Part shown: in pieces, positions 47,106 to 56,423 of the stretch
Position numbering within the stretch: position 1 is the first letter of the stretch
How the letters are laid out: the number at the start of each line of letters is the position of its first letter
From: Clostridiales bacterium
GTDB lineage: Bacteria > Bacillota > Clostridia > Christensenellales > CAG-314
Direction of reading: 5' to 3'
Length of the DNA: 64,000 bases
Assembly (NCBI GenBank): GCA_022508305.1
Contig: JAFLVM010000001.1
Coordinates: forward strand, 125,347-189,346
Made by a program: the position numbers and the translations under genes
Notes under the pieces: generated by a model
The model's input: only the letters and a program-made list of their open reading frames with translations
What the model was told of the DNA's origin: nothing
Databases searched by the model: none

Positions 47106-47144
47106 GCAGCAGCGCATACAACAATGTATGGGCTGCTTTCGTTT
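47106..47144 (+). terminator. hairpin + T-rich tract after the orphan spoIVB tail (possible ancestral spoIVB terminator)
   Basis: GCAGCAGCGCATACA-ACAA-TGTATGGGCTGC followed by TTTCGTTT. It overlaps the ATG of the next ORF. Confidence 0.4.
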
Positions 47145-47703
47145 GCTAACAAATTACTGCGAGGACGTTTGGGATAAGCTACGCAACAACAAGTGGAAGT
47201 CGATACTCACTGCGCTTGTGTGCGTTATTGGCATTGCCTTTGGCGCGGTGCTGTTCAACGTGTTCAAATACGGCTGGTGGTTTGACAACCGTGTAAGCTA
47301 CGCCGAAAAGCTTTTTCAAGGTGGTTTTGCCCTGTTTTTTTCCTTTCTTTTGTGGACTGCCGCGTTTTATTTCTGCGTACTGTTAAGCAACCTTGTACCC
47401 GTAACACGGTTTCTGAACTACGTTTTGCTATTCGTTGCGTGCTTTTACTGCGGCGCTAACACGGCGGCAGCAATATACTGTTGGACTGTGTGGGGAGTAC
47501 TGTTCGCAATCTTCGCCACGCTTTGGGAAGTGATAGGGTACTACTTGGCTTGCATTGCCACCTGTGCAGAACCCGCAAGCTGTCGTAAACTAAACGAGGC
47601 ATTTTGTGATTTTAAACCGACGCTCGTGGTGTTGATTGTCGCCTTTGTAATAAAGATTGTTGGATTTTTCGTCATTTTAAAAATAATAACTGCTATTATT
47701 TGA
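47128..47703 (+). CDS. polytopic membrane protein, possibly SpoIIM family
   Basis: About 5 TM helices. The N-terminal pattern ...KWKSILTALVCVIGIAFGAVLFNV resembles SpoIIM by eye. It neighbours deoB, as spoIIM does in B. subtilis. No SD. Confidence 0.6.
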   Translation: MGCFRLLTNYCEDVWDKLRNNKWKSILTALVCVIGIAFGAVLFNVFKYGWWFDNRVSYAEKLFQGGFALFFSFLLWTAAFYFCVLLSNLVPVTRFLNYVLLFVACFYCGANTAAAIYCWTVWGVLFAIFATLWEVIGYYLACIATCAEPASCRKLNEAFCDFKPTLVVLIVAFVIKIVGFFVILKIITAII

Positions 47704-47752
47704 TTGTAAAAAAAAAATATATTTGCTATAATTAAATCAATAGGAGCAGAAT

Positions 47753-48901
47753 ATGAGAGCATTTATTCTCGTTATTGACGGTTTTGGAATCGGCGCAATG
47801 CCCGATTGTAAGAAATTTAACGATTACGGCGCAAACACACTCAAAAACATTCGCGCTGCTTACGACCTCAACGTGCCGGTACTTGCCGACATGGGATTGT
47901 ACAACATTGACGGCACCTACAACGATGACCGTATGCCTATTGGCGCATTCGGACGTTTGGAAGAGTTGTCTAAAGGCAAGGACACGACGGTCGGACACTG
48001 GGAAATGGCAGGAGTTATTACCACAGAGCCTATGCCCACCTTCCCTCACGGTTTCCCGCAAAGCTTTGTCGCTCATCTGGAAAAGGAATTGGGCACGAAA
48101 ATCCTTTGTAATAAGCCGTACAGCGGAACAGAGGTCATCAAGGACTACGGTGAGGAGCACCTGAAAACAGGTTACCCAATAGTGTACACGTCGGCGGACA
48201 GCGTTTTGCAAATTGCCGTCCACATGGACAAGTATACTATTGATGAACTGTACGAAATGTGCGAAAAAGCGCGTAAGCTTTGCGTAGGTAAATACGCTGT
48301 AGGTAGAGTCATCGCCCGTCCGTTTACGGGCGCCTACCCCTTTACCCGTACGGCGGAACGCAAGGACTTTTCCATCAGTCCGCCCGCTAAAACCATCTTG
48401 GACGACGTAAAGAACGCAGGACTTCAAAGCGTTGCGGTAGGCAAAATCGAGTACATTTTCAACGGGCAGGGAATCACGCGCAGTTTACACACCGAAAGCA
48501 ACCTTGACGGGCTAAATAAAACGATAGAAATTGCCAAAGAGCGTTTTGACGGACTTGTTTTCGTCAATCTGGTAGACACCGACATGAAGTACGGTCATCG
48601 CCGCGACGTTTTCGGTTACGCTGCTGCGCTGGAAGAAATTGACGCCAAGGTGTCCGAGCTTATCAAAGTTTTACATCACGACGACGTTGTGTACATTACA
48701 GGCGACCACGGCTGCGACCCAACGCATAAGCAACACACCGACCACACAAGGGAATACACGCCGCTACTAATCTACGGAACCGACGTTGTACCGACAAACC
48801 TCGGCACCATGAAGGGCTTTGACGTAATTGCAGACACAATTCGCGAACAACTCGGCATCGGCGGCGGTCCAAAATCCGTTTGGGAAAAGGTCACAAGATA
48901 G
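47753..48901 (+). CDS. deoB: phosphopentomutase
   Basis: VIDGFGIGAMPD, GKDTTVGHWEM and TGDHGCDPT motifs. Confidence 0.95.
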   Translation: MRAFILVIDGFGIGAMPDCKKFNDYGANTLKNIRAAYDLNVPVLADMGLYNIDGTYNDDRMPIGAFGRLEELSKGKDTTVGHWEMAGVITTEPMPTFPHGFPQSFVAHLEKELGTKILCNKPYSGTEVIKDYGEEHLKTGYPIVYTSADSVLQIAVHMDKYTIDELYEMCEKARKLCVGKYAVGRVIARPFTGAYPFTRTAERKDFSISPPAKTILDDVKNAGLQSVAVGKIEYIFNGQGITRSLHTESNLDGLNKTIEIAKERFDGLVFVNLVDTDMKYGHRRDVFGYAAALEEIDAKVSELIKVLHHDDVVYITGDHGCDPTHKQHTDHTREYTPLLIYGTDVVPTNLGTMKGFDVIADTIREQLGIGGGPKSVWEKVTR

Positions 48902-48942
48902 AATTTAACATTTTTACAATTAAAAGTATTTAAAAAATCATT

Positions 48943-48975
48943 TCACTCGACTAAAATTCAGTCGAGTGATTTTGT
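48943..48975 (+). terminator. intrinsic terminator
   Basis: TCACTCGAC / GTCGAGTGA stem followed by TTTTGTT. Confidence 0.8.
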
Positions 48976-49200
48976 TATTATAAAGAAATAATAGCATATA
49001 TAAAACACAATTCAAATGAGTTCAAATATCCGTTAGACGATATAATATATGTTATGTCTGCTGTAGAATATCGAAACTAACGAGTTATTGTAACGCGTTG
49101 CCTAATTTGACACCTGTTTTTGTAATAATGAATATTTACAGCGCGCGATGTCAACACTTCAACCAAACTGCAATGACTTTATTGCTAAAAGGAGATAGGT

Positions 49201-49476
49201 ATGAAAAAAGGTGAATTTATCGAAAGTGTAACGGACAAAACGGGCGAAAGCAACAAAAAGACAGGGGAATTTTACGACGCGTTTTGGAAAAGCATAGAGG
49301 AACAACTTAAGAAAGGTCACGACGTTTGTCTGACGGGAATCGGTACCTTCAAACTGAAGAAGCGTTCCGCGCGTAAAGGCGTAAATCCCAAAACTCACAA
49401 GCGCATCACAATACCCGCAAAGAGCGTAATCGTGTTCAAGCCGTCCAAGAGTTTTACTGAAAGACTTAATGGGTAA
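49201..49476 (+). CDS. hup: HU-family DNA-binding protein
   Basis: GIGTFKLKKRSARKGVNPKT...IPAKSVIVFKPSK is the HU arm motif. Confidence 0.94.
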   Translation: MKKGEFIESVTDKTGESNKKTGEFYDAFWKSIEEQLKKGHDVCLTGIGTFKLKKRSARKGVNPKTHKRITIPAKSVIVFKPSKSFTERLNG

Positions 49477-49615
49477 CCAAATAAGCTTCTCTTATAAGGG
49501 GAGCTTTCTTTTATGCCGACTGATACGCTGTCTTATCTTTTCATTTACAACTGTGTTTTTTGCATAGATACAGTTCTATTGCAAATACTAATGGCAAATA
49601 AATAAGGAGAAATCT

Positions 49616-50758
49616 ATGAAAAAAGTACTTATTTTTGCTATTAGTATGATAATGCTGCTTGCAGTTATAGTGCCGGTAACCGCGTGCGCAGAAACGGCAA
49701 GTTTCAGTATTTCGGCAAAGGAAGCGGTGCTGATGTCTGAGGACGGTCAAGTACTGTTTGAGCATAACGCGACGGAAAAGCGTCCTATCGCCAGCATGAC
49801 TAAAATCATGACCCTGCTTTGCACCTATGACGCAATCGACAGTGGTAAAATCTCGCTTGAAGACGACGTGGTGGCAAGTCAACGCGCGGCGTCTATGGGT
49901 GGCTCGCAGGTGTTTTTGGACGCTAACTGCACCTACAAACTGGAAAATTTGATCAAGTCAATAGTCGTTTGTTCGGCAAACGACAGCTGTGTGGCAGTTG
50001 CCGAACACGTAAGCGGTAGTGTGGAAAGTTTCGTTTCTACAATGAACAACAAGGCGAAGGAATTAGGACTCGTTGCAACTCACTTTGAAAACTGCACAGG
50101 TCTGCCCGCTGTAAGCCAATTTTCCTGCGCAAAGGACGTAGGCGTGATGCTGTCAAAGCTTATCAAGCACCCGCATTACTTTACCTGCGCCAAAATTTGG
50201 ATGGAGGACTTTGTTCACCCCTCGGGACGTGTAACGGGAATGACTAACACGAACAAGCTTGTACGCTTTTACGACGGTTGTGACGGCGGCAAAACCGGTT
50301 ACACAAGCGAGGCTCAACACTGTCTTGCTGCAACTGCAAAGCGCGGTGACACACGTGTGATTGCAGTAGTCGTAGGCGCTCCCGACAGCAAAACACGCTT
50401 CAAGGAAGTTAGCGACATGTTCAACTACGCGTTTGCTAATTACGAAAGCAAGGTTTACCTTGACGGTAAGAGCAAGATAGATAACGTATACGTTAGCGGT
50501 GGCAAACAGGACAGCGTGGAAGTCGTAGCGGAGGGAAAACTTGTTAGTTTCGGCAAAAAAGGTAACGCAGACTGTCAAGTAGAGGTGGAGTTACCAGAAT
50601 CCGTCAAGGCACCTGTAAAACAAGGCGACGTAGTTGGTACCGCGACACTCAAGGATGGACAGGGAAACGTTGTCGCGCAAGTTAATCTTCTTGCTAAAAA
50701 TGACGTAAACGCTAAAACCTACTGGGATTATCTCAAAGATTTGGTAGCAAACGGATAA
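49616..50758 (+). CDS. D-alanyl-D-alanine carboxypeptidase (S11, DacB/DacF-like)
   Basis: Signal peptide, SMTKIMT (SxxK), SAND-like CSANDS, and KTGYT motifs. Confidence 0.92.
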   Translation: MKKVLIFAISMIMLLAVIVPVTACAETASFSISAKEAVLMSEDGQVLFEHNATEKRPIASMTKIMTLLCTYDAIDSGKISLEDDVVASQRAASMGGSQVFLDANCTYKLENLIKSIVVCSANDSCVAVAEHVSGSVESFVSTMNNKAKELGLVATHFENCTGLPAVSQFSCAKDVGVMLSKLIKHPHYFTCAKIWMEDFVHPSGRVTGMTNTNKLVRFYDGCDGGKTGYTSEAQHCLAATAKRGDTRVIAVVVGAPDSKTRFKEVSDMFNYAFANYESKVYLDGKSKIDNVYVSGGKQDSVEVVAEGKLVSFGKKGNADCQVEVELPESVKAPVKQGDVVGTATLKDGQGNVVAQVNLLAKNDVNAKTYWDYLKDLVANG

Positions 50759-50874
50759 TTTTTATAGGTAATTTTACATGAAAGCTCCTAATGCAATTGC
50801 AATAGGGGCTTTTCTTTTTTATAAAACGGCGTGCACGTAGCGCAGCAACCTCGACAGCGTGATATATTATTTAA

Positions 50875-50903
50875 TTGACTTTATTATATAATTTTGATAC
50901 AAT
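50875..50903 (+). promoter_or_regulatory. sigma-A promoter placing the TSS at or next to the ATG of the M50 protease gene
   Basis: TTGACT-17 nt-TACAAT. The -10 ends 6 nt before ATG 50910 and there is no SD. Confidence 0.5.
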
Positions 50904-50909
50904 ACTAAA

Positions 50910-51611
50910 ATGACAATATATGGCTTGTTTGTCAATGCTAATTCGGGTAGAGAGGGGCTGCTCAACGTTGCAGCGTTTATCGTTGCCTTGCTTGCAGCGC
51001 TCATTTTGCACGAAATAGCGCACGGACTCGTCGCTTTGTGGAACGGTGACAACACTGCAAAAATGTACGGCCGTCTTACACTCAATCCATTAAAACATTT
51101 CGACTGGGTTGGACTGTTGATGATGTTTCTCGTCGGATTCGGTTGGGCAAAACCCGTACCCGTCAATCCCAACAACTTCAAGAACAGACAAGTAGGCGCA
51201 ATTACCGTTTCCGTTGCGGGAGTACTGACAAACTTGGTTTTGGCATTCTTTTCGGCGCTGTGTTGGTGGCTTTTCAGGAAAATAACGGCAAATACCGAGG
51301 GTATGGCGTATTTTAGACATTTTCTGTTGGTGCTATCAGAGCTGATGGTAAGACTCAACGTTACTTTTGCTCTGTTCAACATTTTGCCGTTGTACCCGTT
51401 GGACGGCTACCGTCTTTTGAGTTGTTTTGTGGACGGAAACAAACGTGGAATGGTTTTCTTGCGTAGATACAGTCTGTACATTTTGCTTGGACTGATGGCG
51501 CTCAACTACATACCGTACGTTTCAAGCTTTTCGCCGCTCAATTTGTATTTGCGTAGTTTAGGCGGAATTATAGAACAAGGTTTTTACGCATTTTGGGGGA
51601 TGTTTTTCTAA
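50910..51611 (+). CDS. site-2 protease family (M50) membrane metalloprotease
   Basis: HEIAHG and NILPLYPLDG motifs. Confidence 0.88.
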   Translation: MTIYGLFVNANSGREGLLNVAAFIVALLAALILHEIAHGLVALWNGDNTAKMYGRLTLNPLKHFDWVGLLMMFLVGFGWAKPVPVNPNNFKNRQVGAITVSVAGVLTNLVLAFFSALCWWLFRKITANTEGMAYFRHFLLVLSELMVRLNVTFALFNILPLYPLDGYRLLSCFVDGNKRGMVFLRRYSLYILLGLMALNYIPYVSSFSPLNLYLRSLGGIIEQGFYAFWGMFF

Positions 51612-52417
51612 TGGCAGAGGAACTTCAACAACAATATATATTTGACGAAGAAAAATCCGTCTTGGAGCTGAAGCTGACTAATTTCAACGGTCCGTTGGAT
51701 TTGCTATTGGCTTTAGTTAAGGAAAACAAGATAGAAATCAAAGACATTTTCGTCTCACAGGTTACCGAACAGTTTTTGCAATACATGGACCAACTTGCAG
51801 ATTTGGACGTAGACCAAGCAAGCGAATACATGGCAATGTCGGCGACGCTGCTCGAAATTAAATCGCGCGCGCTGTTGCCCATTTTGCCCGAGCTTGACAA
51901 CGGTGAGGAATCCCCCGAAAAACTGCTAATCCGTCAGCTTGAGGAATACAAGTTGTTCAAGGAAATTGTCACCGAGCTTAAAGAACACGAAAACGTCAAC
52001 AGATTTTACCGCGAGCCGGACAAAAGCGTAGGCAAAGAAGTGACAGTGGTAAAGGAAAATTTGAGCGTGGAAGGCTTTATGCAGGCGTTTGGCAGATTTT
52101 TGATGCGTATGCAGGTCAAGAATGCCGCCGAAGTTTCCCGCGCCATTGTGAAAGAAAGCTTTTCCGTCTCGCAAAAAATATCTTACATACGCGAAATCTT
52201 GCTTGTTGAAAACAAGTTTAAGCTGAGCCAACTGTTTGAACCGGACGCAAGCAAAAATGAAATTGTCACGACCTTTTTGGCGGTGCTTGAGCTATTGAAG
52301 CTGCAAATTATCACCGCTTCTCAGGACGGATTGTTTGAAGATATAACAATAGAAAAACGCCCCGACAGCGACGACATCGAGGTGAGAGTGGAGGACGATT
52401 ATGAGTCTTTTGAGTAG
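51611..52417 (+). CDS. scpA: segregation and condensation protein A
   Basis: FNGPLDLLLALVKENKIEIKDI motif. ATG overlaps the upstream stop (TAATG). Confidence 0.93.
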   Translation: MAEELQQQYIFDEEKSVLELKLTNFNGPLDLLLALVKENKIEIKDIFVSQVTEQFLQYMDQLADLDVDQASEYMAMSATLLEIKSRALLPILPELDNGEESPEKLLIRQLEEYKLFKEIVTELKEHENVNRFYREPDKSVGKEVTVVKENLSVEGFMQAFGRFLMRMQVKNAAEVSRAIVKESFSVSQKISYIREILLVENKFKLSQLFEPDASKNEIVTTFLAVLELLKLQIITASQDGLFEDITIEKRPDSDDIEVRVEDDYESFE

Positions 52418-53030
52418 TCAAATCGAAGCCGTGCTTTTTGTATCAGGCAAGGCGATTGAGGAAAGTTTTATCAAAGAAAAACTAAATGCAACGGACAAGC
52501 AATTTACCGAAGCGCTATCCGAGCTGCTTGCAAAATTCAGCGGTGACAGCGGAATTCATCTTTTGCGTTTCAACAAAAAATTGCAATTTGCATCCAATCC
52601 CGAATGCGCCAAAGAGGTAGAGGCGGTACTCAATCCCATCAAGGAAAAAGAACTCACCAACGCCATGTTGGAAACCTTGGCAATCATTGCCTACAAGCAA
52701 CCAGTAACGCGCATAGAGATTGAGGAAATTCGTAGCGTTGACTGCACCTACTCGGTACAAAACCTAATGCGTTTGGGACTTGTCGAAGTGGTGGGTCGCA
52801 GAGAAACAATAGGTAAGCCTTTGCTGTTTGCAACAACCGACGACTTTTTGAAAAGATTTTCCATCAGCGACGTTACCGATTTGCCAGACTACGAAACATT
52901 GCTCGACAAATTGCAACAGATTACTACGTCAACGATAACCTCCGTAGAAGTAGTAGAAAAACCAATGTTCGACAAGGTCGAGGAAGTACCGGACTTTTTG
53001 GTAGGTGAAGACGTTAATAAAGTGGAGTAG
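52401..53030 (+). CDS. scpB: segregation and condensation protein B
   Basis: IEAVLFVSGKAI and ETLAIIAYKQPVTRIEIEEIR motifs. Confidence 0.93.
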   Translation: MSLLSSQIEAVLFVSGKAIEESFIKEKLNATDKQFTEALSELLAKFSGDSGIHLLRFNKKLQFASNPECAKEVEAVLNPIKEKELTNAMLETLAIIAYKQPVTRIEIEEIRSVDCTYSVQNLMRLGLVEVVGRRETIGKPLLFATTDDFLKRFSISDVTDLPDYETLLDKLQQITTSTITSVEVVEKPMFDKVEEVPDFLVGEDVNKVE

Positions 53031-53060
53031 CCTTAGTCGGTTTACAATTAATTAGTTAAA

Positions 53061-53091
53061 AAAGCGGAAGTACAATTCTTCCGCTTTTTTC
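53061..53091 (+). terminator. intrinsic terminator
   Basis: GCGGAAG / CTTCCGC stem followed by a T6 run. Confidence 0.85.
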
Positions 53092-53441
53092 ATACTTTAT
53101 TTCATTTCACCACCAAAATCACTTAATTATATCGAAAAATGTCATTTTATATAATACTATTACTGACATAATAATCAAATTTTGTCTAGAAATCCAACTT
53201 TTCCATTTTGAAACGTCCAATTTTAACCCCCGACGTCAATAAATGAAGTGAAAATTGTACGCTAACTTTTATCATTTCGTCTTACAAGAATAAAATAATT
53301 GTTTTTTGGTTACAATTTCGTTATGAAATACCCAAAGGAAAAGAAATACGGCAGTAATTCTGACGAAAGGGAAACCTGTTTGCCCAAACAATTTGATTTT
53401 GAAAACAAGGAGCAAACAACGGTTAAATAGGTGGGAGTAGT

Positions 53442-53891
53442 ATGGAAATTAGACAGGAAATCACCAAAGATAATTACAAATCGTACGTATTTGAAAAGAT
53501 GCCCAAGAGCTCGCATTGGAAGAATATGTTTTGGGCGTTTGTTGTCGGCGGGACTATTTGCGTAATCGGACAGGCGTTTATTGAATTATATTCTCTGTGG
53601 TTTAACGATCAGGACGCGTCCGTACTCGCTTCGGGAACGCTGGTTTTGATTGCGGCAATTATGACAGGATTTGGATTTTACGACAATATCGGAAGATTTG
53701 CCGGCGCAGGCTCAACAATTCCCATTACAGGCTTTTCCAACGCTGTAGTCGCACCCGCTTTGGAGTTTAGAGCAGAAGGGTACATTTACGGTGTCGGAGC
53801 TAAAATGTTTTGGATTGCAGGCCCCGTAATTGTAAACGGTGTGGCTATTTCCGTAATCGTTGCGTTGCTTACGCTTATTTTTGGAGGGTAA
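53442..53891 (+). CDS. spoVAC: stage V sporulation protein AC
   Basis: Pattern FWAFVVGGTICVIGQ...GAGSTIPITGFSN. Confidence 0.92.
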   Translation: MEIRQEITKDNYKSYVFEKMPKSSHWKNMFWAFVVGGTICVIGQAFIELYSLWFNDQDASVLASGTLVLIAAIMTGFGFYDNIGRFAGAGSTIPITGFSNAVVAPALEFRAEGYIYGVGAKMFWIAGPVIVNGVAISVIVALLTLIFGG

Positions 53892-53894
53892 AAT

Positions 53895-54896
53895 ATGAAC
53901 TACTACAAAAAGCGTACGCTAACGTTTGCTAATTCTCACATTCTTGAGGGCTACACAGTAGCAGGGCCCAAGGAAAACGACGGTCGTTACAAAGGCTTTT
54001 TTGACGTTGCGCTTGAAGACGACATGTTTGGGCAAAAAACGTTTGAACGCGCCGAACGCAAAATGTTCGAACATGCAATTGACGGGGCGATAGCAAAAGC
54101 TAATTTGACGTCAGGCGATATTGATGCGGTGATAGCGGGAGATTTGCTCAATCAGATTGTCTCTACGTCATTTGCTGCGCGCAAACAACACGTCGGATTT
54201 CTTGGCTTATACAACGCATGCGCAACCTTTGTTGAAAGCCTCATTGTCGGCTCAAGTATGCTGAACAATGGATTGGAAAACATTGTATGCGCTGCAGGCA
54301 GTCACTTTTCCACCGCAGAACGACAATACCGTTATCCATTGGAACTGGGTGTTTTGCGTTCCCCCGTCACACAATGGACGGCTACGGGAGTGGGGGCGAC
54401 GGTGTTGTCAAACAGTAGTGAACTTCCTGTTCCCAAGGTTACGCGGGCAACGATAGGTCGCGTAATCGACTTCGGCGTCATGGACACCAACAATATGGGC
54501 GCAGCAATGGCGCCGTCTGCATGCGACACGTTGGTTACTTTTTTCAAGGACACGCAAACGCAACCGTCAGATTTCGACGTCATATACACGGGAGACCTCG
54601 GCAAACTTGGCACGGACATTCTCATGGACTTGACAAGGCAAGAGGGGTACGACGTGTCCGCTCAGCTTCACGACTGTGGCGCATCACTCTACTGGGATGA
54701 ACAGCAAACCTATCAAGGCGGAAGTGGCGCGGCGTGCTCGGCGCTCGTGTTCAACAGCGTGTTGCTTGGACGACTTCGCCGTGGCGAGTACAAACGAATT
54801 TTGCTCGCGGGAACAGGCGCGCTTATGAGTCCTACAACGTCATTTCAAGGGGATAGTATCCCTGCAATTACTCATCTTGTGGAGGTAACAGCCTAA
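53895..54896 (+). CDS. spoVAD: stage V sporulation protein AD (thiolase-like fold)
   Basis: Size and pattern (ERKMFEHAI...GDLLNQ...GLYNACAT). Lies between spoVAC and spoVAE. Confidence 0.92.
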   Translation: MNYYKKRTLTFANSHILEGYTVAGPKENDGRYKGFFDVALEDDMFGQKTFERAERKMFEHAIDGAIAKANLTSGDIDAVIAGDLLNQIVSTSFAARKQHVGFLGLYNACATFVESLIVGSSMLNNGLENIVCAAGSHFSTAERQYRYPLELGVLRSPVTQWTATGVGATVLSNSSELPVPKVTRATIGRVIDFGVMDTNNMGAAMAPSACDTLVTFFKDTQTQPSDFDVIYTGDLGKLGTDILMDLTRQEGYDVSAQLHDCGASLYWDEQQTYQGGSGAACSALVFNSVLLGRLRRGEYKRILLAGTGALMSPTTSFQGDSIPAITHLVEVTA

Positions 54897-55267
54897 TGGA
54901 CACTTTTTTAATGTTTCTCAAAGCTTTTGCAGTTGGCGGTGGAATATGTTTGATCGGTCAAATAATCATCAATTACACTCACCTGACTAACGGCAAAATA
55001 CTGGTGCTTTTCTTGATTGCAGGAGCCGTTTTAGAAGGCTTTGGACTGTACAGCAAACTTATTGAGTTTGCAGGCGCAGGCGCAAGCGTTCCAATTTCGG
55101 GATTCGGCTGCGCGCTTGTCAAGGGCGCGGTTAAAGCGGCAAAGCAGGACGGCGTATACGGCGCATTAACGGGCGGACTTGCAGCATGCGCGACGGGTAT
55201 AAGCATAGCGATAGTGTCAGGCTATCTTGTGGCGGTGATTTTCCGTCCGCGCACCAAAAAGAAATAG
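54896..55267 (+). CDS. spoVAE: stage V sporulation protein AE (AEB type)
   Basis: FAVGGGICLIGQ...GAGASVPISGFG is paralogous to SpoVAC. Confidence 0.9.
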   Translation: MDTFLMFLKAFAVGGGICLIGQIIINYTHLTNGKILVLFLIAGAVLEGFGLYSKLIEFAGAGASVPISGFGCALVKGAVKAAKQDGVYGALTGGLAACATGISIAIVSGYLVAVIFRPRTKKK

Positions 55268-55313
55268 TAACAATTGGCGTTAATTGCGAATATAATGTGG
55301 CAAAGGAAAAGCA

Positions 55314-56000
55314 ATGTCCCGTTACGCAGTGGTGAATAGATGCGCCAAACAGCAGAAAAGGCGTAAATGGACGAGACGGATTGTGGCAATTTTGTTGCTT
55401 ATAATCCTCTTGTCTATTTTGCTTGCGCTGTGGATTTACTGGCGCGCTATGCGACCAACTGTGTTAGACATTGCTCAAACTCGCCTAAAAGCGGAAGCTA
55501 CGTTGGCAATCAACGAGGCGGTTCGAATTGCGCTTGCGGACTACACGAACTACTCCGACTTCATTTCCGTGGAAAAAAACAGCCAAAATGAGATAGTTAT
55601 GATTTCGGCAAATAGCGTACTGGTCAATGCTCTTGCCCGCAACACAGCCATTTTGTCTCAAAACAGGATTAGTCAACTCAAGGGTTTTGACGTAAGTATA
55701 CCGTTGGGATCCTTGTCCGGCGTACCTCTTTTGTCGGAAAAAGGACCGACGGTAGAAGTTACCGTATCGCCAATTGGTACCGTACGTTGCAGTTTTACCT
55801 CAACCTTCACGTCCGCAGGAATAAACCAAACCCTGTATCGCATTTACATTAACGTGGAAAGCACGGTGGACATCATTATTCCGACCTCTCATCTTGAGGT
55901 GGAAATGTCTACGCCCATTTTGATTTGCGAAAACTTAATCGTTGGCGAAGTTCCCGACACCTTTTTGCAAGGCAGTCTGCTGCTTGGAGCCTCGCAGTGA
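55314..56000 (+). CDS. yunB: sporulation protein YunB
   Basis: N-terminal TM helix and the pattern AINEAV...IPLGSLSGVPLLS...GPTVEV. Confidence 0.8.
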   Translation: MSRYAVVNRCAKQQKRRKWTRRIVAILLLIILLSILLALWIYWRAMRPTVLDIAQTRLKAEATLAINEAVRIALADYTNYSDFISVEKNSQNEIVMISANSVLVNALARNTAILSQNRISQLKGFDVSIPLGSLSGVPLLSEKGPTVEVTVSPIGTVRCSFTSTFTSAGINQTLYRIYINVESTVDIIIPTSHLEVEMSTPILICENLIVGEVPDTFLQGSLLLGASQ

Positions 56001-56174
56001 ACTAAAATAACTTCAACTCACTCATTGGCAAACTAATTTGAAGGCGTACGAAAATTTTGGACTTGTAAAATACATCTAAACCCAGTTTTTATATTATATC
56101 TATTACATACTATTTTAACGAAAATCGTTGTCATTTTCGTTTTTTTTTGTTACAATGTAAACAATCAAATAAAA

Positions 56175-56412
56175 ACGATGACGAAGATCAAGAGTTTACG
56201 ATAAACAAAGCCACAGCGAGTGAGGGACGGTGCAAGCCTCGCCTTTGCGTAAAAAGATATTCCCTTCCGAGTTCATCGGTGAAGTAGCAGTAGCCGTTTG
56301 CGGGTAGTTTCCGTTATCAAACAAAGAGTGAAAGGTCTTTCCTTTTGAAATTAGGTGGTACCGCGGTAATTTATCGCCCTAAGTTGTTTTGCGCAACTTG
56401 GGGCGTTTTTTT
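56175..56412 (+). promoter_or_regulatory. T-box riboswitch leader (Phe) of pheST
   Basis: T-box sequence GAAATTAGGTGGTACCGCG (56347-56365). Terminator CGCCCTAAGTTG / CAACTTGGGGCG followed by T7. A UUC codon followed by A (56271-56274) is the candidate specifier. Confidence 0.88.
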
Positions 56413-56423
56413 AGGAGAAAATT

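Noticed and set aside
49076-49089. ACTAACGAGTTATT upstream of hup matches the island dyad AATAACGAGTTATT at 13 of 14 positions.
   Set aside because: It is a single near-match in an AT-rich intergenic region, so chance cannot be excluded without a genome-wide count. It is worth including if the dyad search suggested above is run.
53323-53430. 35-codon hydrophilic ORF (MKYPKEKKYGSNSDERETCLPKQFDFENKEQTTVK) upstream of spoVAC, considered as a small spore protein.
   Set aside because: There is no SD and I could identify no promoter. A Ribo-seq or conservation check would be needed.
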